A stretch of DNA of 64,000 nucleotides, from positions 124,001 to 188,000 of IMG/VR virus record IMGVR_UViG_3300050120_000361, one strand, 5' to 3'. Under the pieces are notes generated by a model, which was given only the letters and a program-made list of their open reading frames with translations, was not told where the DNA came from and ran no database searches. Each line of letters starts with the position of its first letter. Positions within the stretch are counted from its first letter, which is position 1. Shown here one piece after another: positions 1 to 11,042 of this stretch. Both the position numbers and the translations under genes were made by a program.

Positions 1-88
1 CAATCCGCAGCGCCGAGCCATTTCCCTTGAAGGGCGGGGCATCCCAAATAACACAATAAACCTAAGAGAAACAACAAAAAACAGAACT

Positions 89-418
89 ATGACCGCCAAG
101 GTAATCAAGAAAATAACCGGTAAGCGAGGGGAGACGGGGTGGGTGTCGGACGTGCAGGAGAGCTTTTTCTGGAGCGGGGTGGTTTCATTTCTGATGATAT
201 TCGCGTTCGACCTGGAATTCGTGGAAAAGGGCTTCGGGGCGTACATACTTCTGGCGAAGGCCATGAACACAGGCGTGTGCTGGTTCTGCTTCATAATGGG
301 AAGCAGGAAGACATTGAACGTGCTTTCCCAGTTCATGAAGCTCTTCAACGCGATAAAGCGCGGCGACGAGAGGCTGGCCGAGGACGAAGAGGAGGCAGGA
401 ACGCCAGAAACAGAGTAA
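89..418 (+). CDS. small membrane protein (possible holin-like)
   Basis: Two hydrophobic segments, basic N-terminus, charged C-terminus, A-rich leader. Confidence 0.5.
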   Translation: MTAKVIKKITGKRGETGWVSDVQESFFWSGVVSFLMIFAFDLEFVEKGFGAYILLAKAMNTGVCWFCFIMGSRKTLNVLSQFMKLFNAIKRGDERLAEDEEEAGTPETE

Positions 419-436
419 GACCAAAAACAAATAACC

Positions 437-856
437 ATGAACACCACTATCAGCCACCCCGACAAGCAGCAGCTCATTGAAATGAGTCTCAGCTCCTACT
501 ACGTATGGATAATACTCGGCGCGACCGCTTTTACAGCCGCTGGTTGGGTGTGGTGCATGGCAATAAACAGGAGGCAGGGCGTCGGCTCCTTTAACATGGG
601 AAACCTGCTGTACCTAACATCTTACCTCCTGCTCATTGGCAGGAACGTGTACCTCTGCCTGCAGGGCCCCAACATGCGGGACGCGCTGGCCATAAGGCTC
701 ACGCTCACGATAACGCTCCTGCAGCTCGGCGCCGTCGCGTGGTTCGTGATGACCTACTACTGGAACAGGCAGCAGAAGAACGAGTGGGGCGGAAGCCGGA
801 GCATAGGCGCATTCGACGCGCAAATGGACAAAACCGGCGATAACGACAAAAAGTAA
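437..856 (+). CDS. membrane protein, about 3 TM helices
   Basis: Three hydrophobic stretches; co-oriented with neighbours; A-rich leader. Confidence 0.55.
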   Translation: MNTTISHPDKQQLIEMSLSSYYVWIILGATAFTAAGWVWCMAINRRQGVGSFNMGNLLYLTSYLLLIGRNVYLCLQGPNMRDALAIRLTLTITLLQLGAVAWFVMTYYWNRQQKNEWGGSRSIGAFDAQMDKTGDNDKK

Positions 857-887
857 ATAGGTTTCAGGACCAAAACAAATACAGAAC

Positions 888-3800
888 ATGAGCAATTTTC
901 TCGAGCTTCCATTCGGAATTAAGACATTAACCCCAACACCAGTGATATACTGGGAAGGCCCGTATTCATCCATAGCGGCCGCGAACGCCGCGGTGCCTTT
1001 GGGCGTGCGTTACCCATCCATGACTGTGCGAATAGTCCCTGGCGGCAACACGGCACCGTACATGGCCATGTGGGGCAATGACGTTTCGGACAACGGGCTC
1101 GCGGCGGTGCAGACGGGCGGCGGAGGGGGGAACGTGCAGCCGGTTTCTGGAACTTACGCGGAATTGACGGCTCTGGCCCAGGCGGGTTCATTGGTCCCAG
1201 GCGGCAGGTACCTGCTCACGGACTACAAGACGAGCTGGTGGTCGCCGGCCGACAGCCAGGCGCACACCGCGGATGTCGGCGAGACTTTGGTCCTTTTGGC
1301 GGCGAACGCAAACATATTCTCAAGAATAGCGCAGTCTCTCCAGAACCCAGACGATGAGCTCATATACGAATTCGCCTACAACAACCTGAGCGTAGGCTTT
1401 GAAATAAACTACCCCGTTACCGGCCGCATAATACGGCGCACTGACGTTCGGGGCAACCAGATAAACTTCGACTTCGTGGCGATACAGTTCGCCGGCGTGC
1501 CGGTTTTCGACCCGGACGCCCAGTGCGCCAACAACGTCATAGTCGGCAGCTTCGGCTTCACCGGGACCAACCAGCAGAACCCGGTAGCCGTCATGATACC
1601 GCTAATATACCCAATGGCCATAGCCGCCGGCGCTAACGAGAACTTCATAGACTCTGGCTCCCAGAACATAACCATAGGCGCGGGCTCATGCGGCAACAGG
1701 ATAGGGAAGAACGTCGGGCAGCAGCACGGATACGTAATATCACCGGGCTCTAACAACAACACGGTGGCCGACAACGCCAACCAGGGCGTGGCCGGAATAA
1801 TTGGCTCGGGCTCGAGCTACAATTTACTCGGGAACGGCGTCAGCCGCATAGGCTCGGGATGCTCGCACAACACGGTGCATGACGGCTGGAGCGCGGACAT
1901 AGCCTTCAACAACGGCGGCTCGAGCGGCAACGAAATAGGCCTGAAGGGCAACAGCGGCGGAAGCGGCATAGTGCTCGGCGGCGGCTGCGCCAACAACAAG
2001 GTAAAGGCGCCCAATGTTGACATGTCAGCTGGAGGGATAAACGGCATGGACATAGGCTCCGGCGGCGGACACGTGATAGGAGGCGGCTGCCACGACATAA
2101 CAGTGTCGAACGGCGTGACCAACTTGACATTCGGCAGCTCATGCTATGACATGTGGATTAAGGACGCGGGCCTGAGCGGAACCACCTACGCCAACGGCAC
2201 GAACAATGTTTGGCCATGGTCGCAGGGGGGCGCTTCAGTGATTGAGAAGACGTACTCCGAATTGATGACCCTCATCGCCGGAGCGGGGCTCCAGCCGGGC
2301 GCCACGTACAAGGTGACTGATTATCAGACCACATGGGTTCAGGGCATCACAGGCAAAGTTATAGTTAACGACATTGAACCGCTTTGGGTCAGGGCAATAG
2401 ACGCGTCAACCCTTGAGAAAAGCGTAATTTCACAGCAGTTCCCTTCGGATATTATAGAATGGAATGCCGAGGTGGATACAATACTTCAGGGAAGCCAAGT
2501 GCCTGGCGGCGCTGGAAGCGCCCTGGCCATGATAGACCCCACGGCGCTTACGGGTCAGTACCCGAACCTGGCATCCGTCGGCATAGGCATCGGTTCGGCG
2601 AGCAACCTAACCTGGGACCCGACCATAAGGGGCAGGGTTTCCGAGAACATATCGCCGAACAACGGCGACGGAACCCTTGAGATAATAGTGAGCATACAGA
2701 ACGATGACGACGGCGCGGACCTTCAGGGCCTGCATTTCATGGTGAACGGACAGGACTACTCCTTCGTATCCTCCGGCTCCAACGGCCCGACCTACTACTT
2801 GAACGGCGACGGCGTGTCTCCCATTTCAGCGGCCCAATTCCCGGGCAACGTCAACATACAGATGTGGGACAGCCAGCAGCCCCAGGACCTCACCACATCC
2901 CTGCCGCCGTACACCCCGGCGAGCAACGGCCTGCCACTCGAGGACACCCCAACCAAGGGCCTTATAAAACGGCGCGTGGACGAAAACGGTAACAGCATGC
3001 CTTGGGATCTGCGCGCGGCAATGTACGAGTCTCTCGTGCAGGCCGACCAGCCCGCGGGACCTCCCGCCGCGCAGTCCAGTATGTCCATACCATACCGGAT
3101 AGGCGAGCTCACGCACCGCAGGGCGAACTTCAAGCTGGACTCAACCGCACTTACCGGAGACTATTCCGGAGCGGGAAACAATGTGTTCTCCCTGGACAGC
3201 TACGCCAGCGGCTCAAGCGGAACTGGCTCATTCCTGCAATGGCACCTGAACCAGGCGGGAAAGACGGAAGGCGACGGCTTCCATACCGGAGACGGCAGCG
3301 GCGGCGACACCACCCCGATAAACGCCGAGGCGCAGCTCCTGGCGAATTCGGTGCCATTCGCGATACTCTTCAGCGCGAGGAACGCCTACACGGTGAACGC
3401 GAACATAGAGTACGAAGCTCCAAACATATCGGTTTGGGCCAACGTCAAGTTCAAGATAAACGGGGTTAACTACAAAGTGAACACCATTTACGGTAACACG
3501 CAGCAGAGCGTAAACAATCCACTGCTGCGCGTATCGGACAATCAGCCGATAAATTGGACCACGCTCCTTGGCGCCGACCCGATGTCCCACATAGTATCGC
3601 AGAACCTGCTCATACAGCTTTGGGATACCGTGGAGCCGGACGCCTACGACCTGACGCCTTTCTCCCTCGGTAACGACTCGCAGACGTACCAAATAAACAT
3701 ACTCGACGCGAACTCGAGTATGTTGGCCCAATTGGGCTTCGCGTACGGAGAATTCAACAGGACCCAGCCAATCTACCAGCAAACCTACTTCAATCCGGTG

Positions 3801-6800
3801 TACCCGCTAAGCGCGCAGATAACCACCAATATGGACCAGCAAGGCGGGGCATTCAATGTTATGGTCAACGGCCAGGTGACATCCATCGGCGAAATGGCGG
3901 CCAATGAGACTCGGGAGCTCGCCGGCGGGATAACGCCCAATGCGCTTTTCACCATTTACGGGCAGGCGCCTGAAGCCAATTCGCTCGCGGGGCTGCTGAT
4001 AGACGACAGCGCGCTTACGGGAAGATACGATTGGGGCGGCTCCCTGAGCAACGACCAGCAATCAACGGTGGGCAGGGGCGACGCTTACGTATTGGAAGTA
4101 ATTTGCGACCAAACGGCTGAAACCATATTCGCGAAGTCCTACAATGACGGGTCGGTTAACAGGCTTGAACCGCTTATCTACATTCCACAACTTGCTGACG
4201 ACCAGAGCCAATTAACATACACGGTGTACCTGTCGCGCAAGGCCCAATCCAATATTCTGAGGATTTCGGTGAACGGAGTCCTCAGCGCATTCCAGGACAA
4301 CAACATGGCGGCGCGGTATTCTCAGGGATACTCGGCGACAACCCCAATAGCCTCTGGCGTTTCAGGTAACATACAGATAACACTGTTCGATAACGATAAC
4401 GCCCAACCCGCAACATCGCTCTCCGACATTCCGGACCTTTCAGCGGCCGGGCAGTTGCCAAACCCCATTCAGCAGCAATTGGCCGATTGGTCCGAGGGAC
4501 AGCCGGAAATACCTGCAATCTACTCCGACTATGAGGTATTCGACGACTACACGCAGTGCTTCGGCAATTACGCCGAAAGCCCTTTCCTTAGGACGCTCAA
4601 CATAGCGCCGCAGTCGAACGGCAACAGGATACTCGGCAGTTCCGACAAGATAATAATAAGGGGCAATTCCTCGCGGAACACAATAACCGACGCGGTACTC
4701 GTAACACTCGACGAATACTCCGTTGAAAACACCGTGACCGGGACGAACGCCGACGGCAACGGGGCATCACCATACGATGGCGGAGGCTTCACGCACGTGC
4801 GCAACATCTACATAGGCTCAATATCCTCGCGGAACAGGGTGTTCGCCTCCAACACATCCATCCAGGAGCAGTCGTGCGACAACTTCGTAAAAGAGGCAAC
4901 GAGCACCAATTACTCCGCGGTTTCGATAAGCGGCCAGTCCAGCAACAATAAGATATTGGGTACCAATATCTCTATGGGCACAACCTCCAATGACAACTTT
5001 TTCGACGAGCTGTGCAACAACATAACCGCTGGAAACGACTTCAATGACAACCAGGTCTGGAACCAGCACGACATGGTTTACGGAGTCAACTGCACCAGGA
5101 ACATCGAGCAGGACCAAAGCGGACTAAGCAGAGGGGACAATTGGCAGGACCACAACCCCTACCGTTTCGACCCCGCGCCAATAGACATACTTTACAATGA
5201 CCTGCTGACACTCATAGGCGTTGCCGGACTTGTCAGGGGCCGAAACTACAGGATAACGGACTACCGGACAACTTGGGTTCAAGGGCTGACAACCAGGGTC
5301 AGGGCCGCCGACGTGGAGCCGCTGATAGTTACCGCCCTTGACGCGCAGACTCTGGACCAAAAGGTGAAATCCGCGCTGTGGCCAGCCGATGAAATATACT
5401 ACGACATCGAGCAATCCGTTATAGGCGCGCAGTCGCTTTCATACCCCATTACTGGAACAACAAAGTACCGAATAGACCCTTCAGCCCTTCAGTTCCGGGA
5501 CCTTCCGGACCTCACGCAGGGAGGCGTTTCGATGCAGTACGTGCAGTCGGACTCTTCGCCGTTCATGTCGTGGAATTTCCCGGACGGCATAACGGACCTT
5601 TTCCAGCAGACGCAGAACATGCTCGTTCAGGTGATACCCACCTACGCGAACGGCGGCCTCGACGTGAACGACCAGGCCGTTAAGGTAAAAATCAACGGGG
5701 AGGACTTTGCAATGAACGTGGACGGGGACGGCGTTGCCGCTTGGATTTCACAGCAGGACCAGTCAAACCTTGCGGACAGGTCGTGGGGCGGGAACATTTT
5801 AGTTCAGCTTTGGGATTTGGACAACCCAGAAGTCTACTCGCTTCTTCCGCAGACCACTGATGTTCCACAGCTCCCACTCCAGGACGTTCCCATAATGGGC
5901 CGAATATACTCGCGCAAGGACCAGTACGGAAACAAAGCGCCATACGACATCAGAGCGGTACTCGCAGCCTTCGTGCGGCAGGCAGTGCAGCCTGCCGGGC
6001 CGCCAACAGCAATGTTTAAGGCTGATGTTTTGTGGGAAGTCGGGCCGCTTGTGCATACCACGCCTTCGCAGTATTATTTGAAATTCGACAACACAGCGCT
6101 CACAGGCAGTTTCCCGAACAACGTGTCGGTAATATCTGTTGAGAAGTCCAATTCCCAGGACGGGGTGCAGTACTTCGTCAATTTGGCCTACTTCAGGAGC
6201 CACTTCAACTCGCCATTCTCTTCGCAGTTCGGCCTGAACACTGAGATAGCATGGAACGGTGACGCAATAGCCAATATAATGGTGGCGAGCTCCTCAACGA
6301 CGAACCCCCACACTTGGCCTACGAACCTCAAGCTCAAGATAAACGGGGTGAACTACACGACAGCGCCCACATGGCCCAACAACCAGCAGTTCGCGCAGCT
6401 CGTAAGGGTATCTGACGGCGCGCCGATAGACTTGCTTGCTGTATGCTCCTCGACAAGGAGCGGGCGCATGGACAACAACGTTCTTATTCAGCTTTGGGAT
6501 ACCGTTGAGCCGGCTCAATACGCCCTCGAAAACGTGGGAACGCCCGCGGTTCAGGGCAACGAAGACGTGAACTTCTATGTTGGGCTGTTCAACCAGGCGG
6601 ATATTCAGGCCAACCTTGAAATAAAGGCCTCGAACCTCACCCAGGACTACACCGGCGCCAATTCGTACACCTTCAATGTCGGCCCTTTCGGCGACACATC
6701 GGATGGCAGCAATTACCTTCAGGTTGGCAGCCTCAACGGGAACAACCAGGACGTAACCGCCGCGGTTACCAAGGCTGCGATGTCGGCGCAGGCGGTGTAC

Positions 6801-9800
6801 GAATTGGTCGGCGACTTCGCCGACGGCTCATTAAGCGTGGACGCGGGAGGCGTAACCTACTCTCTCGCGAACGGCCAGTTCATATCCGCCGCCGACAATA
6901 CCACTGAGCTCTCCACGGTATCATTCACCGAGGGGACTGTATTCAATCTTTGGGATACCACCCAACCGGCCCCACAGGCACCGGCCCCTGACGGCTTTGA
7001 CACCGGCTTAGCCGTAGATGGCGCGCCGTTCGGCTATGGAACAAAAAACCAGAACCTTGCGCTGCAGGTTATAGACCACACGGCGGAATATGCGGTTGCG
7101 GTTTGGTCTGACCACGACTATGACGGTCCCGGCTTCGATTTGATAGTGAACGGGCACACCGATATAGGCAACGCTCTGCCGAGAATAACGTCCCTGGCCG
7201 CGGGTAAGACGCATTCCACCAACGTCGCCTCCAACGACCTGACCGGCGAGAACATCCAGGTGCAGGTGTTTGGCGACACGGCCAACGGGCTTGTGGGCAT
7301 GCAGTTGGCCACTCTCTTCGGTGGAAACTACGACTGGGCCGGCGGCTCATCCATAGGCGACTGGTTCGATTTGCGGGTCTACAGAGACAGCGACTTTGCC
7401 ATCCTGCTGCAGATAACTCCGGGAAACATACCTGACATCGCGCTCGCTCTTCAGTACCTTGACGCTGCGGACACCTATTCCGTGTATTTCGGCAGGAAGC
7501 TCAACAACAACGTAGTTTCGCTGAACTTCAACGGCACGCAGACAAACTACTCCGACAACAACATAGTGGAATTCGAGGCTGCAACAGCACCCGAATTCCC
7601 GTTATCTTCCGTGATAGCCGCGGGGCTTTCAGGCCAGAATATTGCAATAGCTGTTTGGGATGCAGTTGGGGAACTGAACGGAAGCGCGCCAAACCCTCCG
7701 AGCATACCATACCTCCTACAGCCTGGCGAGCTCGCCCAACCTGCCTTTACGCCGCTTCCGGACTGGACCGACGGCGTGCCCTTCATTCCCGCAATATACG
7801 GCGACTCCCCCATATTTGCCCAAGACGGCACAGTATTGGATAACGTTATAGAGGACCCGCGCACGCTTACAGCAATGTTCGGTAGCGGGTGCGTTGGCAA
7901 CAGGCTCACGGCCGGCTCCGACAGGGTGACAATGCCTGGCTACGCGGTCGGCAACACGATAGACTCTGCCACAGATGTTATGATTAACTACGGCGCGGAG
8001 AACAACTACGTTTCCGGTCTCGACCAGGAAGGCGGCGCAAACAATGTTTTCATTGACGGCAGCTCCTCGGGGAACAAGGTTTACGGCAGCGGAATATCCA
8101 TAGGACAGAACAGCAATGACAACATTGTCGGACCTAACGCATGGCTGTCAAAGATAATGAACGGCTGCCAGCGCAACAGGGTTTTCGGCCAGCTGAACCT
8201 GATAGAGGACGGCGGCGTTGAGAACTACATCGACGAACAGAGCCAGTCTGTTAAGGTGGGACTCAATGGCAAGCAGAACAGCTTCATAAACAGCTCATTC
8301 GTGACCTACGGGCAGAACGCCGTGAGGAACACCGAGCTCAACAGCTCATACGTGACCCGCCCCGACAACTGGTCGGGTAACGACAACTCATCCGGTCCGG
8401 CCCTCCTTCTCCAGATAGGGAACATACTTAACGCGCACTTCCACCTCGCAACCCTGAACTGGCAGCAGGTCAACTCGCTCGTCACAAGGGACATGTTCGA
8501 CGACGGCGAACCATTGGACGCCGAGAGCGACGCGTACATACTCGAAAACACACAGTCCGTAAGCGTCACATCAACCCTTGAGGACGGCCACGCGCACACC
8601 GTATCTGTCAACTACAACCCGTACACGCGCAAATTCTTCGTTGACCCGGCAACGGTTCCGGCCAACCACCTGTGCTGGTTCATCGGACAGGACGCTGAAG
8701 CTATTGTCTGGAGCAGTTACGCCGAATTGTCGGCGCTCGCTGCCAACCAGCAGCTCGAGCCCGGCAAAAAGTACGTGATGTCTGACTTCACGAGCAAATT
8801 CAGGTACAACGGCGGCATAACAACAGGGCCGGTTGAGTGGCTCGTCCTTGAGGCGCTGAACCCCGGGCAGTTCCACGGCAAGGCGCAATCCATGCAGTAC
8901 CCCAAAGATGATATTTGGTACGACATTGCCGCTGGACCGATAATATCCGCCGATGCGGTTCAGGGATGGTCCAACACGCAATTGGAAGTCAATTCCGACG
9001 GCGTGGACGCTGCGCCGTTCGCTGGTGCAACCCTGATGCTCTACAACGCCACTACAGGGGAGTCGGTGCAGACCATAAATCCGGGCGCGGGCGACTCGCA
9101 AAACGCGATAGTACAGGTTCCCATAGGGTTCGCTTTCAGATTGTATCCCCTCGGCGTGTCCACAGGCACTTTTTGGGTGCAGATAAACGGCACGTCCTAC
9201 GAGGTTGGCCCTTACGACAATTCCGCGATAAGCGACGTCACGCAGGCGACCCAGATAGGTCCGGACATCGCGGCTAACTACTACGGTCAGGTGTACCTTG
9301 ACCAGGCGCAGGTTCCGCTGTACAGCCCATTGCCGGACAATTCCGCCGGCGTGCCCGAGCAGCAGGTTGCGATACCGGGAATGATAACCCGCCGCGTCGA
9401 TGACCAATTGAATGAGGCCCAGTACGACCACCGCAACGTTTACTTCTACTCGGGCGGGGAGGCCACCTACACTTTCGGCGCCAGTTCGAGGAACAACACC
9501 GTAAAGGCCATCATGCAGGACATCAACACCTATCCTCTGTGCTTTCTCGGGGCCGGGGCCATAGGGAACTATTTGGACGAAAGCTGCTTCGCCGTCTCAA
9601 CGGGCATTAACCCGGCTTTCAACAGGATTGAGGCCTGCCAGGTAATGACAATGGGCGAAGGCTGCCAGGGCAATTACTACCGAGGAGTCAGCAATTTCAG
9701 CGTGGCTGACGGAACTGTTGGCTTCGCGCAATGGGACTTCATGTACAGGAACCTCCAAGTGGTTAGGGACACCCCGAGCGGCCCGGTGGATGGCTCCAAC

Positions 9801-10010
9801 AACCTGTTCACCTTCAACCAGGAGTGCGTCGCGGGCACCGAAGAGGTATTCGTCAATGGCCTGCTAATGGAGCCAGGAACGGACTACACCATAGTGGATG
9901 TGAGCGGCTTCACCCTTGCGGTGACGCCCACCCCAACAGGGTTCAACGGAGCGCCGACGAGGATAAGGTGCAACTACCAGACACCCGGTCCGGGAGTCGG
10001 AGGGTTCTAA
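888..10010 (+). CDS. giant modular tail fibre / virion appendage protein (3040 aa)
   Basis: Four copies of a Y.EL..L.....L.PG..Y..TDY module, Asn/Gly-rich beta-helix-like repeats, repeated ALTG...QLWD domains, C-terminal VNG....GTDYT domain. Confidence 0.75.
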   Translation: MSNFLELPFGIKTLTPTPVIYWEGPYSSIAAANAAVPLGVRYPSMTVRIVPGGNTAPYMAMWGNDVSDNGLAAVQTGGGGGNVQPVSGTYAELTALAQAGSLVPGGRYLLTDYKTSWWSPADSQAHTADVGETLVLLAANANIFSRIAQSLQNPDDELIYEFAYNNLSVGFEINYPVTGRIIRRTDVRGNQINFDFVAIQFAGVPVFDPDAQCANNVIVGSFGFTGTNQQNPVAVMIPLIYPMAIAAGANENFIDSGSQNITIGAGSCGNRIGKNVGQQHGYVISPGSNNNTVADNANQGVAGIIGSGSSYNLLGNGVSRIGSGCSHNTVHDGWSADIAFNNGGSSGNEIGLKGNSGGSGIVLGGGCANNKVKAPNVDMSAGGINGMDIGSGGGHVIGGGCHDITVSNGVTNLTFGSSCYDMWIKDAGLSGTTYANGTNNVWPWSQGGASVIEKTYSELMTLIAGAGLQPGATYKVTDYQTTWVQGITGKVIVNDIEPLWVRAIDASTLEKSVISQQFPSDIIEWNAEVDTILQGSQVPGGAGSALAMIDPTALTGQYPNLASVGIGIGSASNLTWDPTIRGRVSENISPNNGDGTLEIIVSIQNDDDGADLQGLHFMVNGQDYSFVSSGSNGPTYYLNGDGVSPISAAQFPGNVNIQMWDSQQPQDLTTSLPPYTPASNGLPLEDTPTKGLIKRRVDENGNSMPWDLRAAMYESLVQADQPAGPPAAQSSMSIPYRIGELTHRRANFKLDSTALTGDYSGAGNNVFSLDSYASGSSGTGSFLQWHLNQAGKTEGDGFHTGDGSGGDTTPINAEAQLLANSVPFAILFSARNAYTVNANIEYEAPNISVWANVKFKINGVNYKVNTIYGNTQQSVNNPLLRVSDNQPINWTTLLGADPMSHIVSQNLLIQLWDTVEPDAYDLTPFSLGNDSQTYQINILDANSSMLAQLGFAYGEFNRTQPIYQQTYFNPVYPLSAQITTNMDQQGGAFNVMVNGQVTSIGEMAANETRELAGGITPNALFTIYGQAPEANSLAGLLIDDSALTGRYDWGGSLSNDQQSTVGRGDAYVLEVICDQTAETIFAKSYNDGSVNRLEPLIYIPQLADDQSQLTYTVYLSRKAQSNILRISVNGVLSAFQDNNMAARYSQGYSATTPIASGVSGNIQITLFDNDNAQPATSLSDIPDLSAAGQLPNPIQQQLADWSEGQPEIPAIYSDYEVFDDYTQCFGNYAESPFLRTLNIAPQSNGNRILGSSDKIIIRGNSSRNTITDAVLVTLDEYSVENTVTGTNADGNGASPYDGGGFTHVRNIYIGSISSRNRVFASNTSIQEQSCDNFVKEATSTNYSAVSISGQSSNNKILGTNISMGTTSNDNFFDELCNNITAGNDFNDNQVWNQHDMVYGVNCTRNIEQDQSGLSRGDNWQDHNPYRFDPAPIDILYNDLLTLIGVAGLVRGRNYRITDYRTTWVQGLTTRVRAADVEPLIVTALDAQTLDQKVKSALWPADEIYYDIEQSVIGAQSLSYPITGTTKYRIDPSALQFRDLPDLTQGGVSMQYVQSDSSPFMSWNFPDGITDLFQQTQNMLVQVIPTYANGGLDVNDQAVKVKINGEDFAMNVDGDGVAAWISQQDQSNLADRSWGGNILVQLWDLDNPEVYSLLPQTTDVPQLPLQDVPIMGRIYSRKDQYGNKAPYDIRAVLAAFVRQAVQPAGPPTAMFKADVLWEVGPLVHTTPSQYYLKFDNTALTGSFPNNVSVISVEKSNSQDGVQYFVNLAYFRSHFNSPFSSQFGLNTEIAWNGDAIANIMVASSSTTNPHTWPTNLKLKINGVNYTTAPTWPNNQQFAQLVRVSDGAPIDLLAVCSSTRSGRMDNNVLIQLWDTVEPAQYALENVGTPAVQGNEDVNFYVGLFNQADIQANLEIKASNLTQDYTGANSYTFNVGPFGDTSDGSNYLQVGSLNGNNQDVTAAVTKAAMSAQAVYELVGDFADGSLSVDAGGVTYSLANGQFISAADNTTELSTVSFTEGTVFNLWDTTQPAPQAPAPDGFDTGLAVDGAPFGYGTKNQNLALQVIDHTAEYAVAVWSDHDYDGPGFDLIVNGHTDIGNALPRITSLAAGKTHSTNVASNDLTGENIQVQVFGDTANGLVGMQLATLFGGNYDWAGGSSIGDWFDLRVYRDSDFAILLQITPGNIPDIALALQYLDAADTYSVYFGRKLNNNVVSLNFNGTQTNYSDNNIVEFEAATAPEFPLSSVIAAGLSGQNIAIAVWDAVGELNGSAPNPPSIPYLLQPGELAQPAFTPLPDWTDGVPFIPAIYGDSPIFAQDGTVLDNVIEDPRTLTAMFGSGCVGNRLTAGSDRVTMPGYAVGNTIDSATDVMINYGAENNYVSGLDQEGGANNVFIDGSSSGNKVYGSGISIGQNSNDNIVGPNAWLSKIMNGCQRNRVFGQLNLIEDGGVENYIDEQSQSVKVGLNGKQNSFINSSFVTYGQNAVRNTELNSSYVTRPDNWSGNDNSSGPALLLQIGNILNAHFHLATLNWQQVNSLVTRDMFDDGEPLDAESDAYILENTQSVSVTSTLEDGHAHTVSVNYNPYTRKFFVDPATVPANHLCWFIGQDAEAIVWSSYAELSALAANQQLEPGKKYVMSDFTSKFRYNGGITTGPVEWLVLEALNPGQFHGKAQSMQYPKDDIWYDIAAGPIISADAVQGWSNTQLEVNSDGVDAAPFAGATLMLYNATTGESVQTINPGAGDSQNAIVQVPIGFAFRLYPLGVSTGTFWVQINGTSYEVGPYDNSAISDVTQATQIGPDIAANYYGQVYLDQAQVPLYSPLPDNSAGVPEQQVAIPGMITRRVDDQLNEAQYDHRNVYFYSGGEATYTFGASSRNNTVKAIMQDINTYPLCFLGAGAIGNYLDESCFAVSTGINPAFNRIEACQVMTMGEGCQGNYYRGVSNFSVADGTVGFAQWDFMYRNLQVVRDTPSGPVDGSNNLFTFNQECVAGTEEVFVNGLLMEPGTDYTIVDVSGFTLAVTPTPTGFNGAPTRIRCNYQTPGPGVGGF

Positions 10011-10052
10011 CGGGCGATAACAATCAAACATTACGAAAATAGTATATAACCA

Positions 10053-11030
10053 ATGTCGGACAGGCTTATCAGAACCCGCACAGGGCTGCGAATAGCACAC
10101 ACAGTAAAACCAACACTCATGCCAAACACACAGCAGTGGAACGTGCCCGGAGCAACGGACGTTCAAGACACATACAAGTTCTCGGGCTCAATAGGGCCGA
10201 ACGTGGGACAGGACAAGACCTTCACTTGGGCCCTTATAAAGACGGCGATAAGCGCCTTCCTCGCGTCGACATTTGCCGCGATAACCGGAAGGCTGAGCGC
10301 GCTTGAGGCTCTCACAAAGACCAACCCCACATACGTAATGCCAGTTGTCGTTGAGTCGGTCACGGCCGGCCAGCAGCCCGGCAGGTACGAGTACGGAACC
10401 GTCATCGGCCCTCTGACCTTCGCGGCGTCCCTTCAGGTGAACGACTCCGGAGGCCCGGCGGTCGGAGGCGGCATACACATGATGCAGAACGGCTCATTGG
10501 CCGGGACGAACAGCCCCCTGGCCGTCAACTCATTCGCTCTCGAGGCCAACAACGCGCTCGTGCTGCAGGCCAACATATCCTTCCTCGCCGGCGCGGTCAA
10601 GAACGACAGCTTAGGTCAGCCATACCCCACAGGACAGATACAAGCAGGGACGGCCAACGGTTCGCCTAAGATGTGGCAGGGCGATTACGCCGTGTTCTAT
10701 GGAGCCCTTTCCGGGAACATATTGGACTTCAACCTATCGTCGCAGATAAGGGGTTCAAGCCTTGATAATGTGCTATCATCCGCGATACAGGGCGGAACCA
10801 TCAATACCGGCACGGATGACACATACTTCATGGTCGCGCTCCCGCCGAACAGGACCCTGGCTTCTGTGGTGGATTTGGACGCTCTGAGCGTGGACATCAC
10901 CTCGCAGTACGCGCTCACGGTGGCCAATATAAACGATTTGGCCGGAAACGCCCAGCAGTACAACATATACAGGATGCACGTGTCCATACCGTATTCGGCC
11001 AACCACAGGCACCAATTCACATTAAACTAA
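10053..11030 (+). CDS. virion structural / fibre-associated protein
   Basis: Directly follows the giant fibre; beta-rich; AVKNDSLGQPY motif resembles AVKNDNYGNPY in 47855..48880. Confidence 0.5.
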   Translation: MSDRLIRTRTGLRIAHTVKPTLMPNTQQWNVPGATDVQDTYKFSGSIGPNVGQDKTFTWALIKTAISAFLASTFAAITGRLSALEALTKTNPTYVMPVVVESVTAGQQPGRYEYGTVIGPLTFAASLQVNDSGGPAVGGGIHMMQNGSLAGTNSPLAVNSFALEANNALVLQANISFLAGAVKNDSLGQPYPTGQIQAGTANGSPKMWQGDYAVFYGALSGNILDFNLSSQIRGSSLDNVLSSAIQGGTINTGTDDTYFMVALPPNRTLASVVDLDALSVDITSQYALTVANINDLAGNAQQYNIYRMHVSIPYSANHRHQFTLN

Positions 11031-11042
11031 AAACACAAAGAT

